A stretch of 64,000 bases of DNA from Candidatus Kapaibacterium sp. Its GTDB lineage: Bacteria; Patescibacteriota; Patescibacteriia; UBA9934. A program made the translations under genes and the position numbers. The DNA is taken from NCBI GenBank assembly GCA_044350705.1, contig JBILHA010000002.1, positions 114,295-178,294 on the forward strand. The letters are read 5' to 3'. This document shows, piece by piece, positions 50,505-60,424 of this stretch (position 1 is its first letter; every line of letters starts with the position of its first letter). The notes beneath the pieces were generated by a model. It was not told where the DNA came from. It did not search any database and saw nothing but the letters and a program-made list of their open reading frames with translations.

Positions 50505-51860
50505 TTATGCCTCGTGTGCAGGCAGAAACGCCTTGAGCACTTCTTTTACCTCTATTCTCTTTTCCTCAAGAAGCGCTGCATCATTCGTTTCGATCGTCAC
50601 GCGGATCAGCGGTTCGGTATTCGACTTCCGCACAAGCATCCACCACGTACGGCCAAATTCATAACGCAAGCCATCAATCGTAATACACTTCTCAGCCTCT
50701 TGTTCATATCTTTCTTTGATCGCCGCAAGTGCACCATCCTTGTCTTCTACTTCAAAGTTCATCTCTTGGCTGTTGTGATAGGTGCGCAAAGGACGCAAAA
50801 GATCTGCAAACGTTTTTCCTGAACGTTTCCAAATACCAAGTACCGTTAAGAATGCGTAGTCGACTGCTTCGAGATTATGGAATTCCGGGAAGAAGAAATG
50901 ACTGGACACTTCACCTCCGAGCATCCCCTGATATTCCTGCATGAGTTTAATGATCTTGGTATTTCCTACAGGGCACGCGATGGGCTGCCCCCCGGCCGCA
51001 CGTACCGCGTCTTCTACCGCCCAACTCGCATTAATGGAATACAGCACCCTCCCTCCCGTCTCACGGGATAATCGATCTGACGCCATAAGCGCAAGGGTGA
51101 GATCCCCCTGTACGGCATTTCCTTCGTTATCTACAAAAGCTACGCGATCTGCATCGCCATCAATCGCAACTCCGAAATCCGCCCCCACTTCACGCACCTT
51201 TTTCTTGAGATCATGGAGTGTTTCTTCTTTTGCGGGGTTTGCCTCATGATTTGGGAAACGGGCATCTGGCTCTGGATAGAGTTCTACAACCTCTATGCCG
51301 AGCTGTTCACAGAGTGGACGCATGCTCACCACCCCCATTCCATTCCCGTAATCAACAACAATTTTTGTGCCCCGTACATCAGGGATGTTGACATGTTTTT
51401 TACATGCTTCGAGATATGACGGAAGGATATCGAGCGAGGTCACGCTTCCTTCTCCCCCTGTTTGCGCAAGCGGTGTATCGCAGTTCGCTAACACTTCCGT
51501 TCCTGCGATAGGCAAACCGGTAGGATGTGCCATTTTAATACCATTATATTCTGCGGGATTATGCGATGCGGTCACCATGAATCCTGCGCCTATATCTTCG
51601 CGTGAAGTGACTGCGTAGTTGTACATGGAAGATGTACACATGCCGATATCGAGCACCTCTACCCCTTTCGAAACAAAATAGTTGATTGCCGCTTGCGCGA
51701 GCTCTGGACTCGTTTGTCGCATGTCACGTCCTACGACTACTTTTTTTGCACGAGTAATGACTAAAAGTGCATGAGCGGCCTTTTCTGCTACTTCCGGGGT
51801 TACTTCATGTAAAAGACCTCGGATGTTGTAACTGCGAAAAATATGATGAGGAATTGGCAT
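50505..51860 (-). CDS. Phosphomannomutase/phosphoglucomutase (alpha-D-phosphohexomutase family)
   Basis: N-terminal …IFRSYNIRG…, active-site TASHNPAEYNGIK and metal loop DGDADR. The N-terminal motif is ManB/AlgC-type rather than GlmM-type. Confidence 0.8.
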   Translation of the reverse strand: MPIPHHIFRSYNIRGLLHEVTPEVAEKAAHALLVITRAKKVVVGRDMRQTSPELAQAAINYFVSKGVEVLDIGMCTSSMYNYAVTSREDIGAGFMVTASHNPAEYNGIKMAHPTGLPIAGTEVLANCDTPLAQTGGEGSVTSLDILPSYLEACKKHVNIPDVRGTKIVVDYGNGMGVVSMRPLCEQLGIEVVELYPEPDARFPNHEANPAKEETLHDLKKKVREVGADFGVAIDGDADRVAFVDNEGNAVQGDLTLALMASDRLSRETGGRVLYSINASWAVEDAVRAAGGQPIACPVGNTKIIKLMQEYQGMLGGEVSSHFFFPEFHNLEAVDYAFLTVLGIWKRSGKTFADLLRPLRTYHNSQEMNFEVEDKDGALAAIKERYEQEAEKCITIDGLRYEFGRTWWMLVRKSNTEPLIRVTIETNDAALLEEKRIEVKEVLKAFLPAHEA

Positions 51861-51938
51861 ACGTTAGCGGTATTTTTCCATTGACTTTTCGGGCTTTTCG
51901 CCTTACGATCAGCGTATCAGATTTATTCTTCTTTTTCT

Positions 51939-52508
51939 ATGTTGGAAGGCATTGCGGGAATTGTTCTCTTGGGACTCCTGGGACTCGTACTTCTTATCGG
52001 ACTTTGGCTCATTTTCACCTTTAATGGACTCGTTACGCTCCGGAATCGCGTCCAGGAGGCTTTAGGAGATATTGAGGTACAGCTCAAGCGGCGCTATGAC
52101 CTTATCCCTAATTTGGTCAACACGGTAAAAGGATATGCAAAGCATGAAGAGGGCGTCTTTACTCAAGTGACCGAGGCTCGTTCAAAAGCCATGCAAGCAG
52201 AAACTCCCGCAGAACATGCAAAGGCTGAGGGCATGCTCACACAAACGCTCAAATCTCTCTTTGCCGTTTCGGAAGCATATCCGGACCTTAAGGCTTCTGA
52301 AAATTTCCGCCATCTCCAAACGGAGCTCGTGGATGCTGAGGACAAAATCCAAGCATCTCGCCGTTTCTACAACGCGCAAACTCGTGACTTTAACACCAAG
52401 CTTCAGGTATTCCCTACGAATCTCATCGCAAGCCTTCTCGGATTCACCGCATACGAGTTCTACGATGCTCCTGCAGAGGCAGATGCTACACCTGAGGTGA
52501 AATTCTAA
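51939..52508 (+). CDS. lemA: LemA family protein
   Basis: N-terminal TM helix plus the conserved LemA core (…RYDLIPNLVNTVKGYAKHE…). Confidence 0.8.
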   Translation: MLEGIAGIVLLGLLGLVLLIGLWLIFTFNGLVTLRNRVQEALGDIEVQLKRRYDLIPNLVNTVKGYAKHEEGVFTQVTEARSKAMQAETPAEHAKAEGMLTQTLKSLFAVSEAYPDLKASENFRHLQTELVDAEDKIQASRRFYNAQTRDFNTKLQVFPTNLIASLLGFTAYEFYDAPAEADATPEVKF

Positions 52509-52528
52509 GATTGTTTGGTATGTTTAGC

Positions 52529-52576
52529 GGTTGAGAACGTTTCGTTTGCATCTCAAGCATCTCAACGTTCTCAACC
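52529..52576 (+). promoter_or_regulatory. Perfect 13-bp palindrome enclosing a tandem 9-nt direct repeat, 20 nt upstream of the htpX start
   Basis: GGTTGAGAACGTT at 52529-52541 pairs with AACGTTCTCAACC at 52564-52576. The loop contains GCATCTCAA-GCATCTCAA. No T-tract follows. Confidence 0.5.
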
Positions 52577-52597
52577 CACTCAACCTCCTAAACTTCT

Positions 52598-53485
52598 ATG
52601 TACTCCGCAATTTCTCAAAACAAAACGCGCACCTGGATGCTGATGATTATCATGGGAAGTTTTACCTTACTTCTTGCCACCATCCTTCTTCTTGCTTCTG
52701 GATTAGAATCTGGACCTGCTTTTCTTCTTGGCGGAGGATTCACCGCGCTCTACGCGCTTATCAGCTACTACTTTTCCGATAAAATCGCTCTCATGACCAG
52801 CGGCGCAAAACCCATTACCAAGACTGATGCTCCGGAGCTTTATCGCATCGTCGAGAACCTCTGCATTGCCAATGGCCAACCCATGCCTGCGATTTACGTC
52901 ATGCAAGATGATAGTCCCAATGCCTTTGCGACGGGCCGCGACCCAGAACACGCCTCTATCGCCTTCACTACAGGTATTCTCCGCATTCTCGACAAACAAG
53001 AGCTCGAAGGCGTTGCTGCACATGAACTTTCACACGTGAAAAACTATGACATCCGCGTCATGACTATCGTGGTGGTTTTAGTGGGCGCGGTCATGCTCAT
53101 TTCCGACATCCTTCTGCGCGCGAGCTTCCATGGAGATAGAAAGCAAGCCGGCCTTCCACTCATCCTCATTGGACTTGCCCTTGCGATCCTCTCCCCTATT
53201 CTTGCGCAAATTATCCAACTCGCTATTTCTCGCCAACGAGAATATCTCGCTGACGCTTCCGGCGCACTGCTCACCCGCTATCCCGAAGGTCTTGCCTCGG
53301 CTCTCAAGAAAATTAGTGCGCAAGGCAAACCTCTTGATCGCGCGAATCACGCCACTGCCCATCTTTTTATTAGCAGTCCCTTCGGGGAACGCGTGGATAA
53401 AAAAAGAAATTGGTTTCAAGGCCTCTTCGCTACCCATCCCCCTGTTGAAGAACGTATTTCCCGCCTCCTCTCCATGGGAAAATAA
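52598..53485 (+). CDS. htpX: Protease HtpX
   Basis: HELSHV zinc motif, 4 TM helices and an M48 peptidase core. Confidence 0.9.
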   Translation: MYSAISQNKTRTWMLMIIMGSFTLLLATILLLASGLESGPAFLLGGGFTALYALISYYFSDKIALMTSGAKPITKTDAPELYRIVENLCIANGQPMPAIYVMQDDSPNAFATGRDPEHASIAFTTGILRILDKQELEGVAAHELSHVKNYDIRVMTIVVVLVGAVMLISDILLRASFHGDRKQAGLPLILIGLALAILSPILAQIIQLAISRQREYLADASGALLTRYPEGLASALKKISAQGKPLDRANHATAHLFISSPFGERVDKKRNWFQGLFATHPPVEERISRLLSMGK

Positions 53486-53488
53486 TCT

Positions 53489-55753
53489 ATGTTTGATAAT
53501 GCCCTCGATCGTTTCAGCAATCCCCTCAAGGGCGTCTTAACACGGGCGCTTGTTTTCGCCTCTGAAAAAGGCTCTTCTCTCATCACTCCTACTCACCTCC
53601 TTTGGGCACTTGCTACTCAGCCGCAATCGCTTGGCCACGCGATTTTGCAGCGTGCGCATATTGCTCTTGACCAACTCACCGGCTCCCTTCCTCCTTCGCA
53701 GAAGCCGCTCGAAAAGAAAGAAACTGATACCCCCCATCTTTCTCCTGATTCCCGGCGCATCCTTGAGAAAGCAATTCTTGCTGCGAATCTCCACGATCAC
53801 CCGTATATCGGAACGGAACATCTTCTTTTTGGATTTCTTCAGGCTCAGCTTCCCGAAGTGCAGACCCTCCTTTTTCAGATCGCGCGCATTGAACGTTCCG
53901 CTTTTGAGCAGACGCTCACCAAAACGCTCAAGGAAGCAAAGTTACTCACGATTGACGAGCAGCGCGCAGAGCCTGAGAAAAAACATGATCCCTGCGAGCA
54001 CTGCGGCGAACTTCATGAAGACGAGCACGAAACTTCTGCACTCGAATATTTCGGAAAGGAGCTCACGAAAAAAGAGGTTGCCGCAAAAGCGCTTCCTTTG
54101 GTGGGACGCGCTCAAGAAATTGATCGTCTCGCTACTATCTTGGCACGAAAAACCAAACATCACCCGATCCTTCTTGGTGATCCAGGGGTGGGAAAAACCG
54201 CAATCGTCGAAGGCCTTGCCCAGCGCGTGCTCTCCGGGAAAGTTCCTCGATCGCTTAAGGGTCTTCGCATCTTCTCTGTGGATATGGGCAGTCTTGTCGC
54301 TGGTGCAGTTTACCGAGGAGACTTCGAAGCTCGTCTGCTCGATATTATCGACGACCTCAAAAGCATGAAAAATGCCGTCATCTTTATTGATGAATTTCAC
54401 ACGGTCGTAGGCGCTGGCGCAGGCGGAAGCAGCCTTGATGCTGCAAATATCTTGAAGCCCGCTCTTGCACGAGGTGAAATTCGCGTTATCGGAGCCACTA
54501 CACGAGAAGAATACAAGAAGCACATCGAACCTGATGGAGCGCTTGCTCGTCGTTTCCAACGCATTTCCGTTCATGAGCCAGATGCAAAAGAAACGCTTAC
54601 CATTCTCAAAGGCATTGCGCCTTCGTTTGCCGCACACCACCAAACCTCCTTCGCCCCGGGGCTTTTGGAAGAGATCGTTCAGCTTACCGAACGTCTCATG
54701 CCTACACAACGCTTCCCAGATAAAGCTATTGATGTGCTCGATGAACTGGGGGCAAAAACTGCGGGCCGAAAAGCAACACGCGACGATCTTCTCCGAAGTA
54801 TCGCCGAGCAAACAGGCGCACCTCTTTCCTCAGTTCAAACATCTGATCGCGAGCGCCTGAGAAAGCTCGAGGAAGCTCTGAATGCGCAAGTCGTTGGTCA
54901 GGAGGATACGGTAAAAACCGTTGCCACCACGCTTGTTCGCGCAAAACTTGGACTTGCACCTGCAGAGCGACCCCTCGCTTCGTTTTTGTTCGCAGGACCG
55001 TCGGGCGTAGGAAAAACCGCACTTTCCAAAGCACTTGCCCGCTCTATGGGCGTTGGAAAATCCCCTTTTCTTCGTCTCGATATGAGCGAATTTTCAGAAG
55101 CTCACAGCATCAGTAGACTTATCGGTTCTCCTGCCGGCTATGTAGGCTATAAGGAACGCGCCCAGCTTACCGATGCCGTCAAAGAACTCCCCTCGCTTGT
55201 CGTGGTCTTTGATGAGCTCGAAAAGGCCCATCGCAACGTTCACCATCTTCTTCTTCAGATCCTTGAAGAAGGCGAGTTGCGCGACGCATCTGGAACGCTC
55301 GTTAATTTCCGCAATACCGTCATTGTCGCGACAACCAATGCTGCAAAAGAACTCTTTGAGAAGCAACGTCTCGGCTTTACCGATAAAGAGCATTCCCAAC
55401 ACGCCTTACGCGAGCAGCTTGAGGACCGATTCTCAGGAGAGCTCCTCAATCGCTTTGATGCCCTTTGTCTCTTCAAGCCTCTCGGCTCTCAAGAGATCCA
55501 GCGCATCGTCCGTCACGAGCTCTCCCTTCTGAAGCACCGTCTCAAATCACAAGGCATTCGCCTTATGGTTCCTGCCGATATTGCTTCACTTGTCGCTACC
55601 CATGTGGAGCGTAAAAAAGGTGGACGCGAAGTACGCCATATGCTCCGTAAACTCATCGAGGAGCCTCTTGCCGAAAAAATCGTTCGCTCCCCTGAAAAAA
55701 AGCGTACGTTTTCCGTAAAAAAGACCTCTGAAGGCAAACTCCTTCTCGGATAA
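53489..55753 (+). CDS. clpC: Clp ATPase (ClpC/ClpB-like, two AAA+ modules)
   Basis: Clp_N repeats. Walker [10 protein letters not shown] in NBD1 and GPSGVGKT in NBD2. Sensor motifs are present. 754 aa. Confidence 0.85.
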   Translation: MFDNALDRFSNPLKGVLTRALVFASEKGSSLITPTHLLWALATQPQSLGHAILQRAHIALDQLTGSLPPSQKPLEKKETDTPHLSPDSRRILEKAILAANLHDHPYIGTEHLLFGFLQAQLPEVQTLLFQIARIERSAFEQTLTKTLKEAKLLTIDEQRAEPEKKHDPCEHCGELHEDEHETSALEYFGKELTKKEVAAKALPLVGRAQEIDRLATILARKTKHHPILLGDPGVGKTAIVEGLAQRVLSGKVPRSLKGLRIFSVDMGSLVAGAVYRGDFEARLLDIIDDLKSMKNAVIFIDEFHTVVGAGAGGSSLDAANILKPALARGEIRVIGATTREEYKKHIEPDGALARRFQRISVHEPDAKETLTILKGIAPSFAAHHQTSFAPGLLEEIVQLTERLMPTQRFPDKAIDVLDELGAKTAGRKATRDDLLRSIAEQTGAPLSSVQTSDRERLRKLEEALNAQVVGQEDTVKTVATTLVRAKLGLAPAERPLASFLFAGPSGVGKTALSKALARSMGVGKSPFLRLDMSEFSEAHSISRLIGSPAGYVGYKERAQLTDAVKELPSLVVVFDELEKAHRNVHHLLLQILEEGELRDASGTLVNFRNTVIVATTNAAKELFEKQRLGFTDKEHSQHALREQLEDRFSGELLNRFDALCLFKPLGSQEIQRIVRHELSLLKHRLKSQGIRLMVPADIASLVATHVERKKGGREVRHMLRKLIEEPLAEKIVRSPEKKRTFSVKKTSEGKLLLG

Positions 55754-55756
55754 GCA

Positions 55757-55780
55757 AAAGACCGCACGTGCGGTCTTTTT
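55757..55780. terminator. Bidirectional terminator between clpC and the CBS gene
   Basis: AAAGACCGCACG-TGCGGTCTTTTT palindrome. Confidence 0.65.
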
Positions 55781-55781
55781 C

Positions 55782-56237
55782 TTATTTTTTTCTCAGGAAA
55801 TATTTCTCCAAAATCGCACGGTAAATATCTCCCCTCCCTACCATTCCTACCACCTTTTCTCCGTCTACCACCGGCACATGATGCACGCCACTTGCAACCA
55901 TAATTCCTCCTACACGCAGCAACGGCGTCTGTGGGGTTGTGGTAATGAGCCGTTTTGACATGACATCGCGCACTAACTTTCCCTCTGTCTGTCGCGCTTG
56001 ATCCTCCAGCTCTTCGGCATCAAGAAATGCATGCGGCTCTTTTAGCCATTCCCCGTAATCCGGAAACATTCCTCTGAATAAGTCTTTTTCGGAAAGAATC
56101 CCTACGAGTTTTCCGTCGCTATCCATTACGCACGCACTTGAAGCTTTGCACTGAAGCAATTGCTCAGCCGCTTCCCTCCAACTGAGACTCATGGGGAACA
56201 TGACCGCCACTTGTTGCATGACATCGCGTACAAGCAT
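55782..56237 (-). CDS. CBS domain-pair protein
   Basis: Two CBS motifs (…VRDVM…GILSEKDL… and …VRDVMSKRLITT…VVGMVGRGDIYRA…). Start at the internal MLVRDVM. Confidence 0.65.
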   Translation of the reverse strand: MLVRDVMQQVAVMFPMSLSWREAAEQLLQCKASSACVMDSDGKLVGILSEKDLFRGMFPDYGEWLKEPHAFLDAEELEDQARQTEGKLVRDVMSKRLITTTPQTPLLRVGGIMVASGVHHVPVVDGEKVVGMVGRGDIYRAILEKYFLRKK

Positions 56238-56272
56238 ACGAATTGGGGTTAATCTCTTGATATACTTGTAGC

Positions 56273-57154
56273 ATGGTTGCCCCGCTTCCTCAAGAGAGAA
56301 ATTACAAACGGGAATTCGACGCCTCCCGTCTTGCTGCACTTCGTGGAGATCGTTTTACCGTTCCTTCATCTGGAGATGCTCAGAATCCCCAGGATTCCCC
56401 TTCTTTTCCTGAGGATGAAGCCGCATCTCCCGCTGATCGTTTTTATTCTCCTGATTCTGAAGAGAGTCTCGTTTCCCAATTTCCCCAATCTCCTCCCTCT
56501 CCCGAAGAAGACCTCTCACTCGCACCCGAGGACTTTGCCTATCGCCAGCGTCAGGCGCAAATGGCCGCCGGCATTGGCGCTCCCTCACTTCTCCCTTCAG
56601 AAGTTGAAGATTTACCCGACCCTGAACTGTCCTCTGAAGACGAGGAGATTACTTTTGGCGATACGATTCGCGACCTTGAACGGCAAGCAGCCATGGCAGA
56701 GGACATCGAGGAAGCGCAAGTGGCCGGAGGAGCTCTCAGAAACAAGATGCAACAAGCAATGGATCAGTATGCGGAACAACTGGCGCAAAAGGCTCTTGAA
56801 AAAACCTCTCGCTGGACTGCAAAAGGTCTTGGGAATGGATCGAATGCGGTAGATAGCGTCGGCTGGGATGGATGGATCACCTTTGCGGTATCGTATGTCT
56901 ATCTGATGGCCCGCGGTTTTATCACCGTCCTCTCTCCTGAGCCCGCCAATGCCGCTGATGCTTCTCCTTCACAGAAAGCACTCCATACCGTTTTCCCTCC
57001 TTACCGCCCCCTCCAAGAGCCGGGAGACTTCCTCTACTTCCTTTTTCTCTTTGTTATGACGGTCATCATTCTCATGCTCGTTCTTACCGCAATCATCATG
57101 TTTGTAAATATTGCTCTTTTCCCTGTGTACATGCCGGGAATTGGAACCTTCTAA
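56273..57154 (+). CDS. Hypothetical protein with a Pro/Ser/Glu-rich disordered N-terminus and C-terminal TM helices
   Basis: Low-complexity acidic N-terminal half. The C-terminal ~90 aa are strongly hydrophobic. Confidence 0.4.
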   Translation: MVAPLPQERNYKREFDASRLAALRGDRFTVPSSGDAQNPQDSPSFPEDEAASPADRFYSPDSEESLVSQFPQSPPSPEEDLSLAPEDFAYRQRQAQMAAGIGAPSLLPSEVEDLPDPELSSEDEEITFGDTIRDLERQAAMAEDIEEAQVAGGALRNKMQQAMDQYAEQLAQKALEKTSRWTAKGLGNGSNAVDSVGWDGWITFAVSYVYLMARGFITVLSPEPANAADASPSQKALHTVFPPYRPLQEPGDFLYFLFLFVMTVIILMLVLTAIIMFVNIALFPVYMPGIGTF

Positions 57155-57162
57155 CCTTTTCT

Positions 57163-58395
57163 ATGGCCATCGAACTCTCAGAACGCGCAAAAGTAGCGCT
57201 CCGCCTTACCCTCTTTCTCGGGACCACTCTCCTCGTGGGTTTTGCGCTTTATTGGTTTTTCTTCGCGCAGCCCCCTTCTCTCATTGAAGAAGGCTCTCCT
57301 GCGGAAGAAGGAGCAGGCGGTGGATCTTTGCCTGGTAGTACCACCGGCGGCCCACGCACCGGGACTGGGGCAAATGATGATGACGGTCCTGACACCCTGC
57401 CTGTTTCTCAGGTTGCCGAAGGCGGAGAAACGATTACCACGCAACTCACTACCAGTGCGGTCACGAGCCCCCAGGTTAACGCCGATGGTACCGTAGCTTA
57501 TTACGATCCGGCGGATGGGCGTTTTTACACCATCGACAGCAAAGGCAATGTGCAAGCACTTAGCCTTACCCAATTTCCCGATGCTGAGACCGTTGTCTTT
57601 AATGATGCCGCGTCTGCCGCAGTGATTGAATTCCCCGACGGCAGCAATGTGGTATATAACTTTGAAACCGCCAAACAAGTCACTCTTCCGAATCACTGGG
57701 AATCATTCTCTTTCTCTGCGGACGGTACAGAGATTGTTTCTAAGAGTATTGGCGCAGACCCTTCTAACCGCGCCCTTGTTATCTCTGCTGCGGATGGATC
57801 GTCCACACAGGTCGTTGCCGCCCTTGGATCGAATGACGATCTGGTTACCGTAAGCTGGTCTCCCGCAAGCTCGATCGTTGGCTTTTCTGCAACCGGAGAA
57901 GGTACTTCAACCTTTGGACAGCGTAAGGTGTATACCATTGGTGAAGACGGCGAGGCTGCAGGCGTTATTACTGTCAACGGCACGAATTATCAGAATATCT
58001 GGTCTCCCAGCGGAAAGTACATCCTCTACTCGATCGCCGAAGCAGGCGATGACTACCGTCCTAGCCTGTGGTACGTAGACGCAAAAGGAGATCGACACGG
58101 TGATCTTCGCCTTCGGCTGGGCCTAAAAACCACCGTTGATCGCTGTACCTTTGGGAACGAAACCACTCTCTACTGCGGCGTTCCTGTCACTACCATTGCA
58201 GGGAGCGGATCAAATCCCGAGATCCTCAAGGGACCTGATCATCTTTATAAAATATCTCTCCCTTCCGGCGATGCTGAACTTCTCGCCATTCCTACCGTTT
58301 CAACCGCGATCAAAAACGTCTCTGTAAATACGGACGAGAGCATCCTGTACTACACTGATAGCAGAGGAAAGCTCAATATGATTCGCCTCAAATAA
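57163..58395 (+). CDS. Membrane-anchored TolB-like beta-propeller protein
   Basis: N-terminal TM helix and Gly/Thr-rich linker. Repeated …DG…YY.D..G..Y.I…, …SPSGKYILYS…, …ILYYTDSRGKLNMIRL… blades. Confidence 0.5.
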   Translation: MAIELSERAKVALRLTLFLGTTLLVGFALYWFFFAQPPSLIEEGSPAEEGAGGGSLPGSTTGGPRTGTGANDDDGPDTLPVSQVAEGGETITTQLTTSAVTSPQVNADGTVAYYDPADGRFYTIDSKGNVQALSLTQFPDAETVVFNDAASAAVIEFPDGSNVVYNFETAKQVTLPNHWESFSFSADGTEIVSKSIGADPSNRALVISAADGSSTQVVAALGSNDDLVTVSWSPASSIVGFSATGEGTSTFGQRKVYTIGEDGEAAGVITVNGTNYQNIWSPSGKYILYSIAEAGDDYRPSLWYVDAKGDRHGDLRLRLGLKTTVDRCTFGNETTLYCGVPVTTIAGSGSNPEILKGPDHLYKISLPSGDAELLAIPTVSTAIKNVSVNTDESILYYTDSRGKLNMIRLK

Positions 58396-58396
58396 T

Positions 58397-59041
58397 ATGC
58401 GGGAATATTTTTGGCACATCCTCATTACACTCGGCCTCTTTGTGGTAATCATTTTTGGGGCAACGGCATTGAGCTTGCGGTTCTCCAACCAAATTACTTA
58501 CACGGATAGCATTGCCGTCAGCACTCCTTCGGTTACCATCGTCGATCCTCAAATTGGAGGAGGTGAAGAAACGAGTGTCACCGTCGTCACGTACAGCGAT
58601 TATGCCTGCTCGGGTTGTGCATCGGTTGAAGAAATTCTTATGGAAATCCTCCAGAAGAATCCTGACAAGCTTCGCATTGTGTGGAAAGACATGCCGAACG
58701 AAACACGTCACTCTGAAGCATTTCCTGCCGCTGTTGCTGCACGATGCGCAGGTAAGCAAGGAAAATTCTGGGAATTTAATGCCCTCCTTTTTGCTAATCA
58801 ATCTCGTCTTGGCAAGGATCTCTATCAGAGCATCGCCTCAGAAGTTGGTCTCGACACCCCTACGTTTTCTTCGTGTTTTGAAAACGAAGATACTCGTCCG
58901 CTCGTTGAACGAACGCTCGCAGAAGGCTTTGCATTAGAAGTTACCGCTACTCCTACTCTCTTTATTAATGGCGAACGCTTTACCGGCAGCCTTTCGAAGG
59001 CCGAGATTGAAAAAGTATTGAACGCCGCAATGAAAAAATAA
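58397..59041 (+). CDS. DsbA-like thiol:disulfide oxidoreductase (thioredoxin fold)
   Basis: N-terminal TM anchor and CxxC active site (YSDYACSGCAS). DsbA-family core (…KFWEFNALLFANQ…TPTLFINGERFTG…). Confidence 0.7.
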   Translation: MREYFWHILITLGLFVVIIFGATALSLRFSNQITYTDSIAVSTPSVTIVDPQIGGGEETSVTVVTYSDYACSGCASVEEILMEILQKNPDKLRIVWKDMPNETRHSEAFPAAVAARCAGKQGKFWEFNALLFANQSRLGKDLYQSIASEVGLDTPTFSSCFENEDTRPLVERTLAEGFALEVTATPTLFINGERFTGSLSKAEIEKVLNAAMKK

Positions 59042-59045
59042 TTCT

Positions 59046-60401
59046 GTGCGTATTCTCTTCCTTTTACTCCTCAGCCTTTTCCTTCTTCCTCAAGGAGTCT
59101 TTGCCTCCACTGCATGCACGGAGTCATTCATTGATTGTGAGTGCGTTGACGCGGAAGGAGCCAGATATTCAGTAAATAGTTCAGAAGATACTGGGGATTC
59201 GTGCGCAAGTGCCTGTCAGGATGCGCGAGCGACATCCTATGCTTTTTATTGCGGAGATGAGCGTACCCCTGTGGAATCTAATGATCTTTCCGATTGGCTG
59301 GATACCGGACTTAATGCCCTTGGGGTGGATACGGTCACTGAGAAGGAACCCGCAATTCCCTCTCTTAATGTCCCTATTCCTGGTCTCGACTTAGAAAATT
59401 CTGTTTCGGTCGATAATAAAGGCTACGTGTACTCAAACATGATTGGCCTGTACGTAAATGCAGTCTTTTCGTACGCCATCGTTCTTGCAGCCATCTTTGG
59501 CGTTCTCATGCTAACTATTGCGGGGTTTCAGTATATGACCGCAGGAGGAAACAAGAACGCGGTCGCAAAGGCAAAAGGACGCATGCAGAATACGGTCTTT
59601 GGACTTATTCTCCTGATGGCTACGTATGCAATTGCTTTTCTTATTGATCCGCGTACGACCCGCTTTAACTCTCTCGTTATCGAAAATGTAGCTGCGGTAG
59701 AATATTTTCCTCCCGAAGGTGAAGATGACAATGTCTTCCCAAACCATTCTCTTACCGGAGAAAGCTCAGACCTTGAGGGGGATTATCTTATCGTGTCTCA
59801 ATCCGCAAAGCTTGATCCTGACGCTCTTGCCGCCCTTCAAGAGGCTGCTGAAGATTTTTACGATACCTATGGGATGCAAATCGTTGTAGCCTCAGCGAAA
59901 CGCGATCTTGAGCAACAAGCTCGTCTCTTTTATCAAAATTGCCTTGCAAATAACGGAGTTTGCAGCCCTCCTACCTGCAATCCTGCAAGCTCCTCGGTCG
60001 TCAAAAAGAATTCTTCTAAGCGCTTTGAACTTGTAGGAGAATTATCAGGCGTGACCAACTCGTCTCAGATCATCTCAAGCATTGTCTCTCACGCCTCCTA
60101 TGGCAACTGCCCTCACACTTCAGCAGTTGCAGTGGACCTCTGGTGTAACGATGGGGGAAGTAATTTCCAACACGATCCCGCTTGCCAAGGACGTCTCATC
60201 GAAACCATGATTGAACATGGATTCTGCCGCTTAACTTCTGAAGCATGGCATTTTGAATATAACGATAAAAAAGTTTCTACGAGCTGCCTTACCTCTAATG
60301 ACTCTGTTACTTATACTGCTCGGTCCGGTACCTATACCCCTCCTGCAGCCACCTGCAAACGATGGGACTTCAAATACCACAAGTGCGTTGCGCAAAGATA
60401 A
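59046..60401 (+). CDS. Secreted cysteine-rich protein with a TrbC/VirB2-like two-helix membrane module and a C-terminal VanY/M15-like peptidase domain
   Basis: Signal peptide MRILFLLLLSLFLLPQGVFA. The N-domain has 8 Cys. The central hairpin …GFQYMTAGGNKNAVAKAKGRMQNTVFGLILLMATYAIAFLI… is homologous to the module in the gene at 1..1312. The C-terminal domain carries M15-like motifs ASAKRDLEQQARLF, CPHTSAVAVD (HxxxxAxD) and EAWHFEY, plus about 15 more Cys. Confidence 0.6.
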   Translation: MRILFLLLLSLFLLPQGVFASTACTESFIDCECVDAEGARYSVNSSEDTGDSCASACQDARATSYAFYCGDERTPVESNDLSDWLDTGLNALGVDTVTEKEPAIPSLNVPIPGLDLENSVSVDNKGYVYSNMIGLYVNAVFSYAIVLAAIFGVLMLTIAGFQYMTAGGNKNAVAKAKGRMQNTVFGLILLMATYAIAFLIDPRTTRFNSLVIENVAAVEYFPPEGEDDNVFPNHSLTGESSDLEGDYLIVSQSAKLDPDALAALQEAAEDFYDTYGMQIVVASAKRDLEQQARLFYQNCLANNGVCSPPTCNPASSSVVKKNSSKRFELVGELSGVTNSSQIISSIVSHASYGNCPHTSAVAVDLWCNDGGSNFQHDPACQGRLIETMIEHGFCRLTSEAWHFEYNDKKVSTSCLTSNDSVTYTARSGTYTPPAATCKRWDFKYHKCVAQR

Positions 60402-60424
60402 AAAACCGGTAAAGATAGGAGTAT

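Noticed and set aside
53942-54811. 289-aa - strand ORF
   Set aside because: It is antisense to the AAA+ core of clpC, so it is a shadow ORF.
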